A stretch of 64,000 bases of DNA from Eledone cirrhosa (GCA_964016885.1 OZ024746.1:67518001-67582000); one strand, 5' to 3'. Shown: positions 29,720-42,153, counted from the stretch's first letter. Made by a program: numbers and translations. The notes: generated from the letters alone by a model not told the origin.

Positions 29720-30168
29720 TGTATTCTGAGTTTTTCGAATATTAATAATAACATTCGATTCGTTGGCAATTTTGCAAACAAGCCTCAATGTTATATCCAT
29801 GTTGGTAGAATGAATAATTCATTCTTGCTCTTGTGTTGGCATGCAAATCTGGCTGATCAATGGATCTGCTAATATGCAGATCTGACTGATCAGGCAGTCT
29901 GCTAATATGCAAATCAGGCCGATGAGTCACTGTGTATTTTTGAAAATAGCATATATTTTCACTAGCTCTGACAGTTTGAAAGGTGAACAATGAGCTGTAC
30001 TGATGAAGGGTGATACCCAGAAACATTAGTGTCTGCAGTTCTGTTCGCATGCCAACACAAGAGCAAGAATGAAGGGTTCATTCTACTGACATGGCTATAA
30101 AATTGAGGCTTGTTTGCAAAATTGCAAACGAATCGAATGTTATTAATATTCGAAAAACTCAGATTACA
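29720..30168 (+). mobile_element. PLE-derived element (family C) with ~120 bp inverted arms and a hammerhead in the spacer
   Basis: 29720-29844 is the reverse complement of 30047-30168; it ends in (TA)n. Confidence 0.85.
29994..30039 (+). ncRNA. Type-I hammerhead ribozyme (family C)
   Basis: gctgta-CTGATGA-agggtgataccca-GAAA-cattagtg-TC-tgcagt. 6 bp stem I with GU pairs, GGGT/ACCC stem II, ACA/TGT stem III, GUC site at 30033. Confidence 0.88.
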
Positions 30169-30190
30169 TATATATATATATGAGATCCCT

Positions 30191-30248
<58 letters not shown>

Positions 30249-30790
30249 AGGGCTCTCACATGCTTTCCGTCTCGCTAATCACAGGGTATTGGACATTGAC
30301 TAAGCTTGAAGTTATTTAACCCCAACATGCTACCTAGAAGCAGGGTTCAAATAAAACCTATGTGATTGCCATCTGGCCGTCTTAGCCACAGAGCCATACC
30401 CTTTCAATAAATTAGCATAAATCATTCTTACTTTCCAAAATACCTTCCATAGTCATCTCTCTCTACTATCTCTAACATCATTTACTATATCCCTCTCAAG
30501 TTAGAATTTATAACACAATCGATACTAGATAAATAAATTCTTATCATATTTGATGAATAAATTTTTCAACCCCAGCTTTATCAATATGATAAATCTTAGA
30601 TTGATAAAGCATTGTCATTTATTTGATGTTAAGAATTACTTGATATTCTATATATAATCACTGGATATCGATCTAAACCCTTATTACATATATCTATATA
30701 TCTCTATATATATCTACATCTTCACGTTATAGTCACTAATATATTATGAAATACTGTTGGCTTCTTGCTCACATTAATTTCTCTATTTTC

Positions 30791-30850
<60 letters not shown>

Positions 30851-31440
30851 CTTCCCCTAAATTGCTAACTAAATACACACGTCATTTCCTGCCGTAAAAA
30901 AAATGTTTCTCTATTTTCTTACTCTCGTCTATCTTTCTATGGATAAATAATAACAGATTAGAGTGAAATAATCGAATACACCCTGAAACAATAAGCTCTA
31001 TTTGATTCCGCACTCTACCTAACGAACAATCGAAGTCAAAAAGAAATTCAGAGATATCATTTTACCAGAACACCATGGGGGTCTTTTGCCCAACGAGGAA
31101 TCTACCGTGCTACAAATAAATGCCACCAATTGTCATCTGCCGAGCTTGACATCAGTGCGCTTACCCTTTGCATCTCTAAACCTCAAGCTAACATCAACCC
31201 ATCCCACTATGTTATGCTATTCTGGACAAGTCACGACCTTTGTCATAACACTCACGGCGTTAGTCACGTTCGTCTTTACATATCGAATAGTTATTAATTA
31301 AAATTTTTGAATTATATATATATATATATATATATAATGCATTTGAATTGTGCTCTAGTTACATACACTATTATTTCAAGTGACTCGTGTTGAGGTGAAC
31401 ATAAGAGTATGTGATTACATTCTGAATGCCTAAAGATAAT

Positions 31441-31621
31441 TGTTTCTACTTTAGGAAAAAGGCCAGCAATTAACCAGTGCATTACTGGTACTTTATTTTA
31501 TCGACCCCGTAAGGATGAAAGGCAAAGTCAACCTCGGCGGGATTTGAACTCAGATCGTAGAGGGACGTAACTATGCTGGAAAGCATGGCGTCCGACCCTC
31601 TACCGATACTGCCAATCCACT
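31441..31621 (-). mobile_element. tRNA-derived SINE, near full length, with 10 bp TSD
   Basis: B-box (gagttcaaatcc on the minus strand) and family body; taaagataat on both sides. Confidence 0.9.
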
Positions 31622-31896
31622 TAAAGATAATATTGAACTTTTGGAGTAAGAAATAAACTTTGCTTTCGTTGTTGATGTTTTTTTCAGAATATTATTGATA
31701 TAAGCACATATTCCATTCTATATTCCTATCTAAGCTTGTCGCATCATAATTAGTCTAACTGGCCTTACCGTTAGTAAAGTGTGTTAAGCCAGTACAACAT
31801 ATTATAGTGATATCGTTAGTTTGACAAGAACTCACTTCCCTCAAAACTTTAGACAATCAACAGATCGACCAAAATGTTACCTAGACAGTCGTTATC

Positions 31897-31948
<52 letters not shown>

Positions 31949-32028
31949 CTGCAGCAGTAGTAGTAGTAGTTGTAGTAGTAGTAGTAGCAGCAGCAGAAGC
32001 AGCAGCAGTAGTAGTAGTAGTTGTAGTT
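31897..32028. repeat. (AGT)n/(AGC)n microsatellite
   Basis: Directly visible. Confidence 0.95.
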
Positions 32029-32096
32029 GAAGATGATGTTGGGAAAAGGAGAACGAAATGGGGAAGGGAGTGGTCAGAGGAAGGGGAATATCTGGA

Positions 32097-32523
32097 CGAT
32101 GTTTATGGCGATAATTGTTTCTACTTTTGGCACAAGGCCAGCAAAATATCCAGTGTATTACTGGTACTTTATTTTATCGACCCTGTAAGGATGAAAGTCA
32201 AAGTTAACCTCGGCGGGATTAGAACTCAGATCGTAAAGAGACGTAACTACGCTGGAAAGCTTGTCCGACCCTCTACCAATACTGCCAATTCACCGCCCTA
32301 TTCACCGATGTTTATGGCGATAATTGTTTCTACTTTTGGCACAAGGCCAGCAATGACCCAGTGTATTACTGGTACTTTATTTTATCAACCCCGTAAGGAT
32401 GAAAGGCAAAGTTAACCTCGGCGGGATTTAAACTCAGATCGTGAAGGGACGTAACTACGCTGGAAAGCATGGCGTCCGACCCTCTACCAATACTGGCAAT
32501 TCACCGATGTCTATGGCGATAAT
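32097..32523 (-). mobile_element. Tandem dimer of the tRNA-derived SINE punctuated by three copies of a 19 bp TSD
   Basis: cgatgt(t/c)tatggcgataat at 32097, 32306 and 32505, with one SINE between each pair. Confidence 0.88.
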
Positions 32524-32585
32524 GAAGGTAAGAAATGTGATGAACATGGAGATAAAGGTGCCGATCATGATGAGGAGGTTGACAC

Positions 32586-32882
32586 CGATGATGATGATGA
32601 TGATGATAACGACGATATTGATAACGGTGATGATAATTATGATGCTGATGACGATGAGGATGATGGTGATGATGATGATGATGATGATGGTGGTGATGAT
32701 GATGATGATGTTGATGTTGATGGATAGCCCCAGTCACCTTTCTCATGAGCCAGAGGTTATCTACAATGGAAAGTTCGTCCGTTTGATCACCATTTCAATG
32801 CCATAACCATCATGTCTCTGATTGTTAATGTAATGCTACAGATGGTTCTGTGATATCATGGTGGTGACGGTGGTGGTGGTGT

Positions 32883-32913
<31 letters not shown>

Positions 32914-32995
32914 AGTGGCGCTGATGGTGGTGGCTGATGGTGTTGGTGCCGCTGCTGCTGCTGGTAGCGGTGGTGATGGTGGTGGCTGATGGTGG
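32586..32995. repeat. (GAT)n/(GGT)n/(GCT)n low-complexity tract
   Basis: Directly visible; source of the poly-M and poly-H ORFs. Confidence 0.9.
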
Positions 32996-34433
32996 TTGTA
33001 GTGAAGTTGATAGAGGTTACTAACAAAAGGTCCCTAGATTCGGATCTTTACATCATCAACTTCTATCGTAGCACTACGAATTCCATCCCTCAACGTTTTA
33101 ATCCACATTTCACCCGCCCTGTAATTCGCCCATATCTACCCGTACTTCGCCTGTGTATCACCGTTTATTTTAAAGACGTTTAAAAACCTCATATGATTTT
33201 AAATATTTCACTATTTCATTAAATTAAGGAACAGATATAATCCCACGTGGAAGCCTCTATGCTAGGGGTATCAAGCACTCAGCCATAGGATCGCATGTGT
33301 CCTTCAAACTAATTTTCTATGGCGTATGGTAGAACAATTTTTTCGTGACTAGTATTTTCCTAAACATGGTCATTTCTCCCTGTTTAAACAATATCTATTG
33401 TATAATCTATAGCAATTTACCCAATAAATATCAATAAAAATGAAAAAAAAAGGGGAATTTAACAAAAGTGATAAGTGAAAAAAGGAATTTATAAGTGAAA
33501 AAAGAATTTACACAATTTAAAAAAAAATTTAAATGAAAAATCTGTCACTAAATTCTGTACTAATTCACATATCTCATTTATCATATACGGGTCCATCTTG
33601 ATATGTGTGTGTGTGTGGAGGGGGGGGGGTAATATAAGCTCATTATCATTATAATTAGTGGAAGCCAAGTTCCTACTAATCTCACTTTTGGCACGTTATG
33701 CCTCTTGCTCTGGACGCAATGAACCTTTGAGTCCTTGAGTTTGAGACCTCCCTGAAGTATCAGCCAATTTTATTTCCGTAGAAGCACTACTATGATGTTT
33801 ATAATCGTCGAATTTTTCTCATGTCCGCCATATATCGGACATCAGACCGATTACACACGTGTTACACATGCTTGTGACAGTCCGACTAAAGAATTCTGAA
33901 ATTCATCCACTTTCTACATAAGAGTTAGTATTATATAATATATTTAGATTTCATCTTCTAACGGCTATTAAGCTTTTCAGCAGACTTTTTTATGGAACAG
34001 TTAAATTTCCTTTTGACATAAAAGGATCTCATCTAAAACACAGATTTACAACATTATACATACATGATAAATATTCACACACACATATATATGTATATGT
34101 ATATATATATGTGTGTGCGTGTATTTATGTATATGTATATATATGTGTGTGTGTGTGTGTAATATATATGTATATGTGTGTTTGTATATAGGTAGGAAGA
34201 TAGATAGATATGTAAATATGTGTATGTATGAATACGATATAGTCACTAATATGGACATATTTGTTTAAATGCAATTATACATGAATTTTTCAGTCAAATA
34301 ATTCACGTTGGAGCTGTTTAAAATTTAAAATCAACAAGCAAGTTAGAGAAAATCAATTAATTGAAATCTTACTGGGCTGTAGAAATACAGAATGAAATTG
34401 GGCCTGCAACTTTAAAACCAACTGTTGAAAGTA

Positions 34434-34470
34434 ACAAACATGTTTCAGTCATATTAGGCCTCCTCAGTAA
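34434..34470 (-). ncRNA. Degenerate minimal hammerhead motif
   Basis: Minus strand ttta-CTGAGGA-ggcctaatatgact-GAAA-catg-TT. Palindromic stem III (ACATGT); stems I and II are weak. Confidence 0.45.
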
Positions 34471-34764
34471 AGCATCATCTCCTTAGTTGGCAAAATTACA
34501 ATTGATTAGGATATATATGTACAGATAGGGTGAATGTGTTGACGCTGAATATGAATCTCAACAATATAGCTATGGGAACATACTCCCTTGCTTGTTTTAT
34601 ATTTTGAACATACCAAGAAATGCTAATCTAGCAATTACATGGAGTGGAAGATACTCAATACATTATAATATGTGATACTGTAGAATATTGAAATAAGCAC
34701 ACAAGCATACACATGCATATATATTTATATACATATATACACATATATATCTACATATATATTT

Positions 34765-35012
34765 ACTGAAGAGGTCACAGAATGTGTGACGAAAGAACTT
34801 TGACAATATATAAGCAACCATCTGGTTGTGGAACCAACCAACCAACCGGAAATTTATAAGTTCCTAAATTTATAAATTTATTATAATAAATTGAAGTGAA
34901 AGCAACTGGTGCGTGTGTTTCTTATTGGCAACATGACCCTCCCAAAGTATAACAATATCGGTTTAAACACACGTTTTCAGATAAAGAATCTTGCTAAACA
35001 AATTCAGAAACG

Positions 35013-35015
<3 letters not shown>
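34765..35015 (+). mobile_element. PLE-derived element (family D), starting at the hammerhead core
   Basis: a-CTGAAGA-ggtcacagaatgtgtgac-GAAA-gaac-TT-tgac; near-identical to 42219-42410; ends in (TA)n. Confidence 0.85.
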
Positions 35016-35071
<56 letters not shown>

Positions 35072-35421
35072 TATATGTGCAATTCATAAACAGACATGCT
35101 TACATATATATCTACATTTATCTCTATTTCTTATGCCTGTGTTGATATATATGTGTGTGTTTCAGTATGTATGCAACATTTATAGGTCGTATATACATTT
35201 GTATGTATACACATATTTATACACATATATTTCTGCACATATATATATATAGATTATATGTATAATTTAACCCGAAAAAGACAACTGAGTATGGAAAGTG
35301 TGTTAGTTAGTTTGGTTGTTTTTTTTTCTATCTCTCTTATTTTCACACAGATACACATACTTCTATCTTTTATTCACACATTAACATGCACAAATGTACT
35401 TATTTGCATATATATCCCTAT

Positions 35422-35522
<101 letters not shown>

Positions 35523-35748
35523 ACACATATACATACATACAGTTAGTTATATTTACTTTCTTAGCAGTCTGTTAACGTAGCATACTCACACATAAAAATA
35601 AATGAATATCACTATAACTTGTATTGAGTTCTTTCTAATGATTTTGGTGTCATATATTGGAAAGTATGTCAGAAATGTCTACCTGGTCTTCTCTCTTCCT
35701 CAGTGTTTTTACTTTTTTTCTCTGGTGTACATACATTTTATATCTATG

Positions 35749-35789
<41 letters not shown>

Positions 35790-35792
<3 letters not shown>

Positions 35793-35946
35793 TGTATTTC
35801 CCGGCGCCGAAGACGCTTCGCGTCGAGGACGCACCCTAAATTTGACAACCAAAAATTTGAAAAAAATTATAAATTATAAACAACCTTCGGCCTCCAGGAC
35901 CCATTGTAGATTTTTGAGACTTATTTTAGGAAAAAAGTAATGTTCT

Positions 35947-35950
<4 letters not shown>
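35790..35950 (+). mobile_element. pogo/Tigger-like MITE remnant in (TA)n
   Basis: Begins ta-ctgtatttcccggcgccgaagacgc..gaggacgcacc, resembling TA-CCGTATTT...AAGACGCACC termini; the right TIR has decayed. Confidence 0.5.
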
Positions 35951-35986
<36 letters not shown>

Positions 35987-36140
35987 CATGAATCAAAATG
36001 GCGAGCTGTGTTGTTGCAATTAAGTATTTTCATTATATATATATATACAGGGTATCCCAAAAATATATACACACTTCAACAGCATTCTAATAAATATTGC
36101 CTGTACAGGTAATCAAAGTGTGTATACTGTATATATACGT

Positions 36141-36175
<35 letters not shown>

Positions 36176-37042
36176 ATGTATAACGTATATATATGTATAA
36201 TACATAATATTATATATATATATATATTTATTGTGCAGTACCGTTTTCGTTTTATCCGTTTACTTTCGCATACATATATACACACACCTATATTTGTGTA
36301 TATGTGTGTGTTTATTTATATATCCTTTATTTTGCCATTAACGGCAATCATATACACGATTACATTAAACTTTTATTTTTAAAAACTAGGGTAGGGTGTT
36401 ACAAAAAAAACCCATGTGGTTAAACATAACCGAGTTATATAAAAATGAGGGGGTGACCTGTGACGGTGCAGAAGGGGGTTTCTAAAATATGTGTAAATAT
36501 GAAGATATACAATAAATAAAGAACTAATGAAAAAAAACAACACCATAAATAACACAAGGTATTAATTGAAAAAGAATATACAAATCATTTGTTTCCACCC
36601 ACACATGAATAATAATAGTAATAATTTGTTTTATTTGTCCCAACGGACTAAGACATGGGGGAAAGTGCAAAGCCGAAATAAATGTGAAAAGAATGAATAA
36701 ATAAACAATGGGTTTATTTATATTGAGTGAAATGGAGTGATAAATGTAATGATAAAGATTGGTTTAATAAATAGATTATAATAAATAGCAATAAATTTAA
36801 TAAACAGTAATAAACATAGATGAGAAGAGAAGTACAGGAATAGCATTCCATAAATGGAGGGCTGATGGAGCATCCAGATATGTTGATTTAGGACACCCCC
36901 ACACACCAACCCTCATTACTCTGATACACCATCAAAGACAACTGCCTCCTACTGACTCTTGCTGTCGGCCTATAGCAGTATACTTGCCCACACAGGCAAT
37001 CGAATAAAAAAAATTCTACAGTAAATAACAATAACAATAATA

Positions 37043-37244
37043 ATTGTTTCTACTTTTGGCACAAGCCCAACAATTATCTCAGTGTATTACTGGTACTTTA
37101 TTTTATCGACCCCCCCCCCCCCCCCGTAAGGATGAAAGGCAAAGTTAATCTCGGCGGGATGTTGCCTTTCATCTTTACGGGGCTCGATAAAATAAAGCAC
37201 CAGTAATGAACTGGGATAATTGCTGGCCTTGTGCCAAAAGTAAA

Positions 37245-37250
<6 letters not shown>
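37043..37250. mobile_element. Inverted (head-to-head) pair of SINE 3' halves forming a hairpin
   Basis: Left arm tacttttggcacaag..gatgaaaggcaa; right arm ttgcctttcatc..cttgtgccaaaagta; ~20 nt spacer; (AAT)n tails outside. Confidence 0.88.
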
Positions 37251-37302
<52 letters not shown>

Positions 37303-37430
37303 TAAACAATGACAACAAATATATAACAAATATATAAACATTAGCATTAGCAACAACAACAAAAAAAGTAGTTAAAAATGATAAAGGTAAGGTAGATATA
37401 TATTTATAGAAATAAAATTTGGCTACTTAC

Positions 37431-37628
37431 CATATCCATGATCTGTATAAGAGTAAACCCGAATGCGACAACGACATTTTTGGAAGAATTATACACCGGC
37501 CGAACACTGGTATCGTAGTTATCAAATAGTTTCAATAACAAACGTTGTTCATCTGGTAATCTGTTACAGTGTATATATCCAATGGTACCATAGAGCATTA
37601 TCATTGCCCAGTGCAAATATAACGGCAT
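37431..37628 (-). CDS. First coding exon of a Cys-loop ligand-gated ion channel, nicotinic acetylcholine receptor-like subunit (signal peptide plus start of the ligand-binding domain)
   Basis: Translates as MPLYLHWAMIMLYGTIGYIHC-NRLPDEQRLLLKLFDNYDTSVRPVYNSSKNVVVAFGFTLIQIMDM. It has a hydrophobic leader, the E.RL...LF..Y...VRPV.N helix motif and L.QI.DM. It ends at a phase-0 GTAAGT donor (plus strand 'acttac' 37425-37430), the conserved nAChR intron position before DEKNQ. The subtype cannot be assigned from this exon. Confidence 0.92.
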
Positions 37629-37786
37629 TTCCCCCAGCAGCCGGCTGCTTACCCCGTCGCACGCTCTCTCTCACTCACTTTCACTTTCACTCTCTCTCTC
37701 TCTTGCACTCACTCACTCACTCATTCACTTACACACTTACTTTCACATAAGCACAAGCGCTCTCAATAATCTCTCTATTTCTCTCT

Positions 37787-37787
37787 A

Positions 37788-37873
<86 letters not shown>

Positions 37874-37950
37874 GTGGGAGGCAGAGATTATGTATATAAA
37901 TATATATATATATATATAATATATATTGGAAGACGGTGATTATATGTTTA

Positions 37951-38039
<89 letters not shown>

Positions 38040-38248
38040 ATATATATGTGTAAATGTATGTGTGTGTAAGTATGTATATTTATATAGGTGTGTGTGTGTT
38101 TGTCTACGTGTGTGTTTGTCTACGTGTATGCGTGTGTGTGTGTGTTTGTGTTACGTGTATGCGTGTGCGTGCGTTTTTGGCAGTGGGCTTTTCTCTAGAT
38201 ATGTATTAGTATTTTTGTATACCAAAGTAAAGGGATGGGAGTTGTTTG

Positions 38249-38285
<37 letters not shown>

Positions 38286-38675
38286 AGTAATGGCGGTAGT
38301 TACTAATGTGAGAGTCGACGTTTAGTTTTGTTGTAGTATTAGTGGTTGCTACTGAGGCGATGGTTTTTGTTATATTTTTGTGACCGTGTTGTTATTATCG
38401 TCGCTGCTGCTGATGTTGTTGTTGTTGCTGCTCCTGCTGCTGCTACTGCTGCTGCTGCTGCTGTTGTTACTGTTGTTGTTGTTGTTGTTGTTGTTTTTGT
38501 AATGTTTTGTGGCAGTGTAGTTGTAATGTTTGGTAGTGAGAGGTTGTTGTTCTGGCGGTGGTAGTGATGATGGAAGTGCTGTGATGTTGTTGTTGTTGTT
38601 AATATTGTTGTTGTTGCTGGTGGTGGTGGTGGTGGTGGTGGTGGTGGTGGTGTTGGTGGTGATGGTGGTGGTTAT
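37787..38675. repeat. Microsatellite block upstream of the receptor exon: (CA)n, (TA)n, (TG)n, (GAT)n, (GCT)n, (GTT)n, (GGT)n
   Basis: Directly visible. Confidence 0.92.
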
Positions 38676-39175
38676 GTGATCTTATTATATTAATGTGAAT
38701 GTTGTTGTAGATGTATTAGTTGTAAATATCGTGGCAGTAGTGATAATGTTTTGATTTAACACGAGGTCAGTCTTGATCCAGCCGTCCGTATATCAGAGGT
38801 GTTCATTCCATATTTTTTCCTTGTATGAAATAGTAGGATATAATCGGATAAAGATATATAGCTGCTACTTCTAGCAGGTACAGCGACTGCGTAGAAGTTT
38901 CCTTGTTGGTTCAGTATTAATGATGGTAGAGGTGATAGCGGTGAGGGTAAGTGGTTGTCGTTGTTATAGCTAGTTTGGTAGCGGTGACGGTGCTGTTCAT
39001 AATAGTTTGTAGTAGCGCAGTTGTGAGGTTTGTTTTGTGGTTGTTGTTATTTGTTATGTGTGTATATAAATAAATATGTGAGTGCCTGTGTGAGGAGAGA
39101 GGGGGGTTATTTGTTGTTATTGATACAGTGATATGGTTAGCCCTGACTGTAAATGTAAATACAACTAAAAAATAA

Positions 39176-39248
<73 letters not shown>

Positions 39249-39840
39249 GGGGGGGGAGTAGTGAGTGTGTGTGTGTGTGTTAGGTAAGTGTGTATTTACA
39301 GTTACAGGCTGACCGATATTGAAACGATTGTAATTTGCCCATAAAGTTTGTATATATGCTGCAACAGTGACTTCTATCCTATGTATATATATATATATAT
39401 ATCAGTGTGTTTATATTTGTATGAAATATGCATGTATGTAGGTAGTTAGGTAGGTATGAATTATTCAACTTATTTTAAAAGTTCGTATGCGAGCATACTT
39501 TCTCCAGCGGGGGCAATACACATAGTTTCCCACGGAGATTTCCATTTAAAGTTTCAGCAACACCCCTTTTTTTTCGAAAAATACATAAGAATATATAAAT
39601 AAAACGACAGACAAATGAATAAATAAATAAATACGACACCTCTAATACAAACCATGCAACCTGTAATAACAAACAAGAGCAACAAAAACAACAGAGGCTA
39701 CGATAATAAACGAATTGAAGATAAAGCAGACGACAGCACGGACAGGTAAAGTGAAGAAAGGAAAAAAGAATGCAGCAAGCAGCATTGAACTCAAATTGAA
39801 ATTGTGTTTATATATATATATATAATGAAGAAATGAAGAA

Positions 39841-39895
<55 letters not shown>

Positions 39896-39944
39896 CAGTC
39901 TACCGAATGAAACAATTCTAGTCCTGTAGGAGCCATTTCTATAT

Positions 39945-39997
<53 letters not shown>

Positions 39998-40009
39998 CAA
40001 AGAGTGAAG

Positions 40010-40047
<38 letters not shown>

Positions 40048-40197
40048 ATGTGAGCGTAAGTATGTATATATAAGGCTGGCTCTGAATTACAAGAACTGAT
40101 TTGTTTTGTTTCTTTTTTTTGTTTTCTTTTTTATTGGATAAGAGCACATCAAGTGAAATGTCTAGCACAAGGACACAACGTGCTGCCGGAAATCTAA

Positions 40198-40251
<54 letters not shown>

Positions 40252-40298
40252 GAAAGGTATAGAAATTGTTTTAGCGATAAGCTATATATATATACAAC

Positions 40299-40383
<85 letters not shown>

Positions 40384-40390
40384 ATTAAAT

Positions 40391-40672
40391 AATGCTAGCG
40401 TAAACCTCCTCAAATGAAGTCGGTGTTTATTACCGGTATGTCGAATCTATTTATCTATAAAACTGTTTATATTGTATTTTGTCTGATGAAGGCATAGCAT
40501 ATTGTTAATATGATATCCCCGAAATATATATAATGAAACAGATATGGTTTTATAAATATAGTTTTCCATTTATTTAATATTGTAAATATACTCCAAATAT
40601 TTGTCGAGTGCTTTTATATCAGTTATAAATATTTACTAGTTGTAACCCAACAATTTTAAATATAACTTTACA
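40391..40672 (+). mobile_element. PLE-derived element (family E) with hammerhead core at 40483-40532
   Basis: ttttgt-CTGATGA-aggcatagcatattgttaatatgatatcccc-GAAA-tatata-TA-atgaaa; relatives at 45230-45775, 53080-53178/54083-54200 and 46513-46570. Confidence 0.8.
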
Positions 40673-40693
40673 TATATATATATATATATATAT

Positions 40694-40873
40694 TCCGCTT
40701 GCAACTGCCCCACCGAACTCATCTCCGCCTTTCTCGACTCCCTCCTCGCCCCCCTTGTCACCACCCTCCCCTCCCACATCTCTGACACCAACCACGCCCT
40801 GCGCCTTTTCGACTCCTTCACCTACCTACCCGGCCCTCAGCCATTCCTCTTCACCCTAGACATCAAGTCCCTA
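40694..40873 (+). pseudogene. Penelope-like element (probably Neptune clade) reverse transcriptase fragment
   Basis: Open frame SACNCPTELISAFLDSLLAPLVTTLPSHISDTNHALRLFDSFTYLPGPQPFLFTLDIKSL. It matches the PLE RT segment (RPIV)S....PT..IS..LD..L.PLV..LPS.I.DT... ending in the motif-A-like F.LD.KSL(YT). Confidence 0.88.
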
Positions 40874-40874
40874 C

Positions 40875-40906
40875 CTGAAGAAGGGCTTGTGCCCGAAACG
40901 TCGTCC
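40875..40906 (+). ncRNA. Hammerhead core at the start of the PLE 3' repeat (family F); stem I partner missing
   Basis: CTGAAGA-aGGGCttgtGCCC-GAAA-cgtcg-TC, followed by an AATAAA-containing tail and (TA)n. Confidence 0.75.
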
Positions 40907-41301
40907 TCCACCTACCCCCCACTCTCCTGAGCGTGAAGCTAATAAACATTTGTCGTACTGCCTCTCTGTTCTGTCCCTGTTCAATTTTTTATTATATATA
41001 TATATATATATATATATACACGTTGTGTCCTTGTGCTAGACATTTCACTTGATGTGCTCTTATCCAATAAAAAAGAAAACAAAAAGAAGAAACAAAACAA
41101 ATCAGTTCTCCGTGTAATATATATATACATATGTATATATACATATATAATTAAGAATGGGTTTCCAAAGGTACTCAATAAATTTATAGATATGATACAT
41201 ATTTATTTCATCAAGAAATCATTTCTCTCTATATATATATGTGTGTGTATATATAAATACATATATGGATATATATATATATATATATATATATATGCTT
41301 G

Positions 41302-41343
<42 letters not shown>

Positions 41344-41347
<4 letters not shown>

Positions 41348-41760
41348 GGAGGTGAGTTTTATTGTAGTACAATAAAGCAATGCAGATATCGGATAAGAAG
41401 CACTCTACAGTTTGTAGGACTGGAGTATGCATAATATAAGATCAAAAGATGGTTAAAGGAGTTCCATGTATTTTATTATGCGCATTTCAAAAACAAACAT
41501 CATCATGCAATAATATTTGTGTTTTCATCAGATAAAACAGGAGAACATGATATGAAGGCTAAAAAACACTTGTGGATAGTGCAGTTTTAAATCAACATAT
41601 ATGTTGATTTAAAACTGCACTATCCACAAGTGTTTTTTAGCCTTCATATCATGTTCTCCTGTTTTATCTGATGAAAACACAAATATTATTGCATGATGAT
41701 GTTTGTTTTTGAAATGCGCATAATAAAATACATGGAACTCCTTTAACCATCTTTTGATCT

Positions 41761-41768
<8 letters not shown>
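41344..41768 (-). mobile_element. Fold-back PLE-derived element (family B, second copy): perfect 338 bp palindrome plus tail
   Basis: Axis at 41599/41600 (atcaacatatatgttgat). Hammerheads at 41471-41537 (-) and 41662-41728 (+). Confidence 0.92.
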
Positions 41769-41811
<43 letters not shown>

Positions 41812-42060
41812 TAATGAAATGACAGGAGGCTGGATTTGTGTAAATCCTTGAAAGGTTTATTATCAAACCTGAATATATATATATATATATATATATATAA
41901 GGGGGTATATATCTATATATTTATTTCATATAGAAATGACTTCTAGCTGTATCGTCTTCTAGATGTATCGTCTCTATAAATGTATTCAGTATTTTCTTTC
42001 CGTTCCACTTTGGAAAACCATTCTTAAGAATATATGTATGCAATATATGTATGTAATGGG

Positions 42061-42153
<93 letters not shown>

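Larger units (their letters stand above)
40093..41109. repeat. ~90 bp inverted duplication (40093-40182 and 41019-41109) bracketing TA tracts and PLE fragments
   Basis: gaactgatttgttttg..tctagcacaaggacacaacgtg versus its reverse complement; the ORF track shows the same peptide on both strands. Confidence 0.9.

Noticed and set aside
31821-32806. Poly-S, poly-M and poly-H ORFs
   Set aside because: They are trinucleotide microsatellites plus SINE sequence, open in both directions and without splice context.
37431-37628. Octopus chemotactile receptor
   Set aside because: The exon is close to canonical nAChR N-termini and keeps the conserved intron position, whereas chemotactile receptors are highly divergent. 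It cannot be excluded without the rest of the gene.
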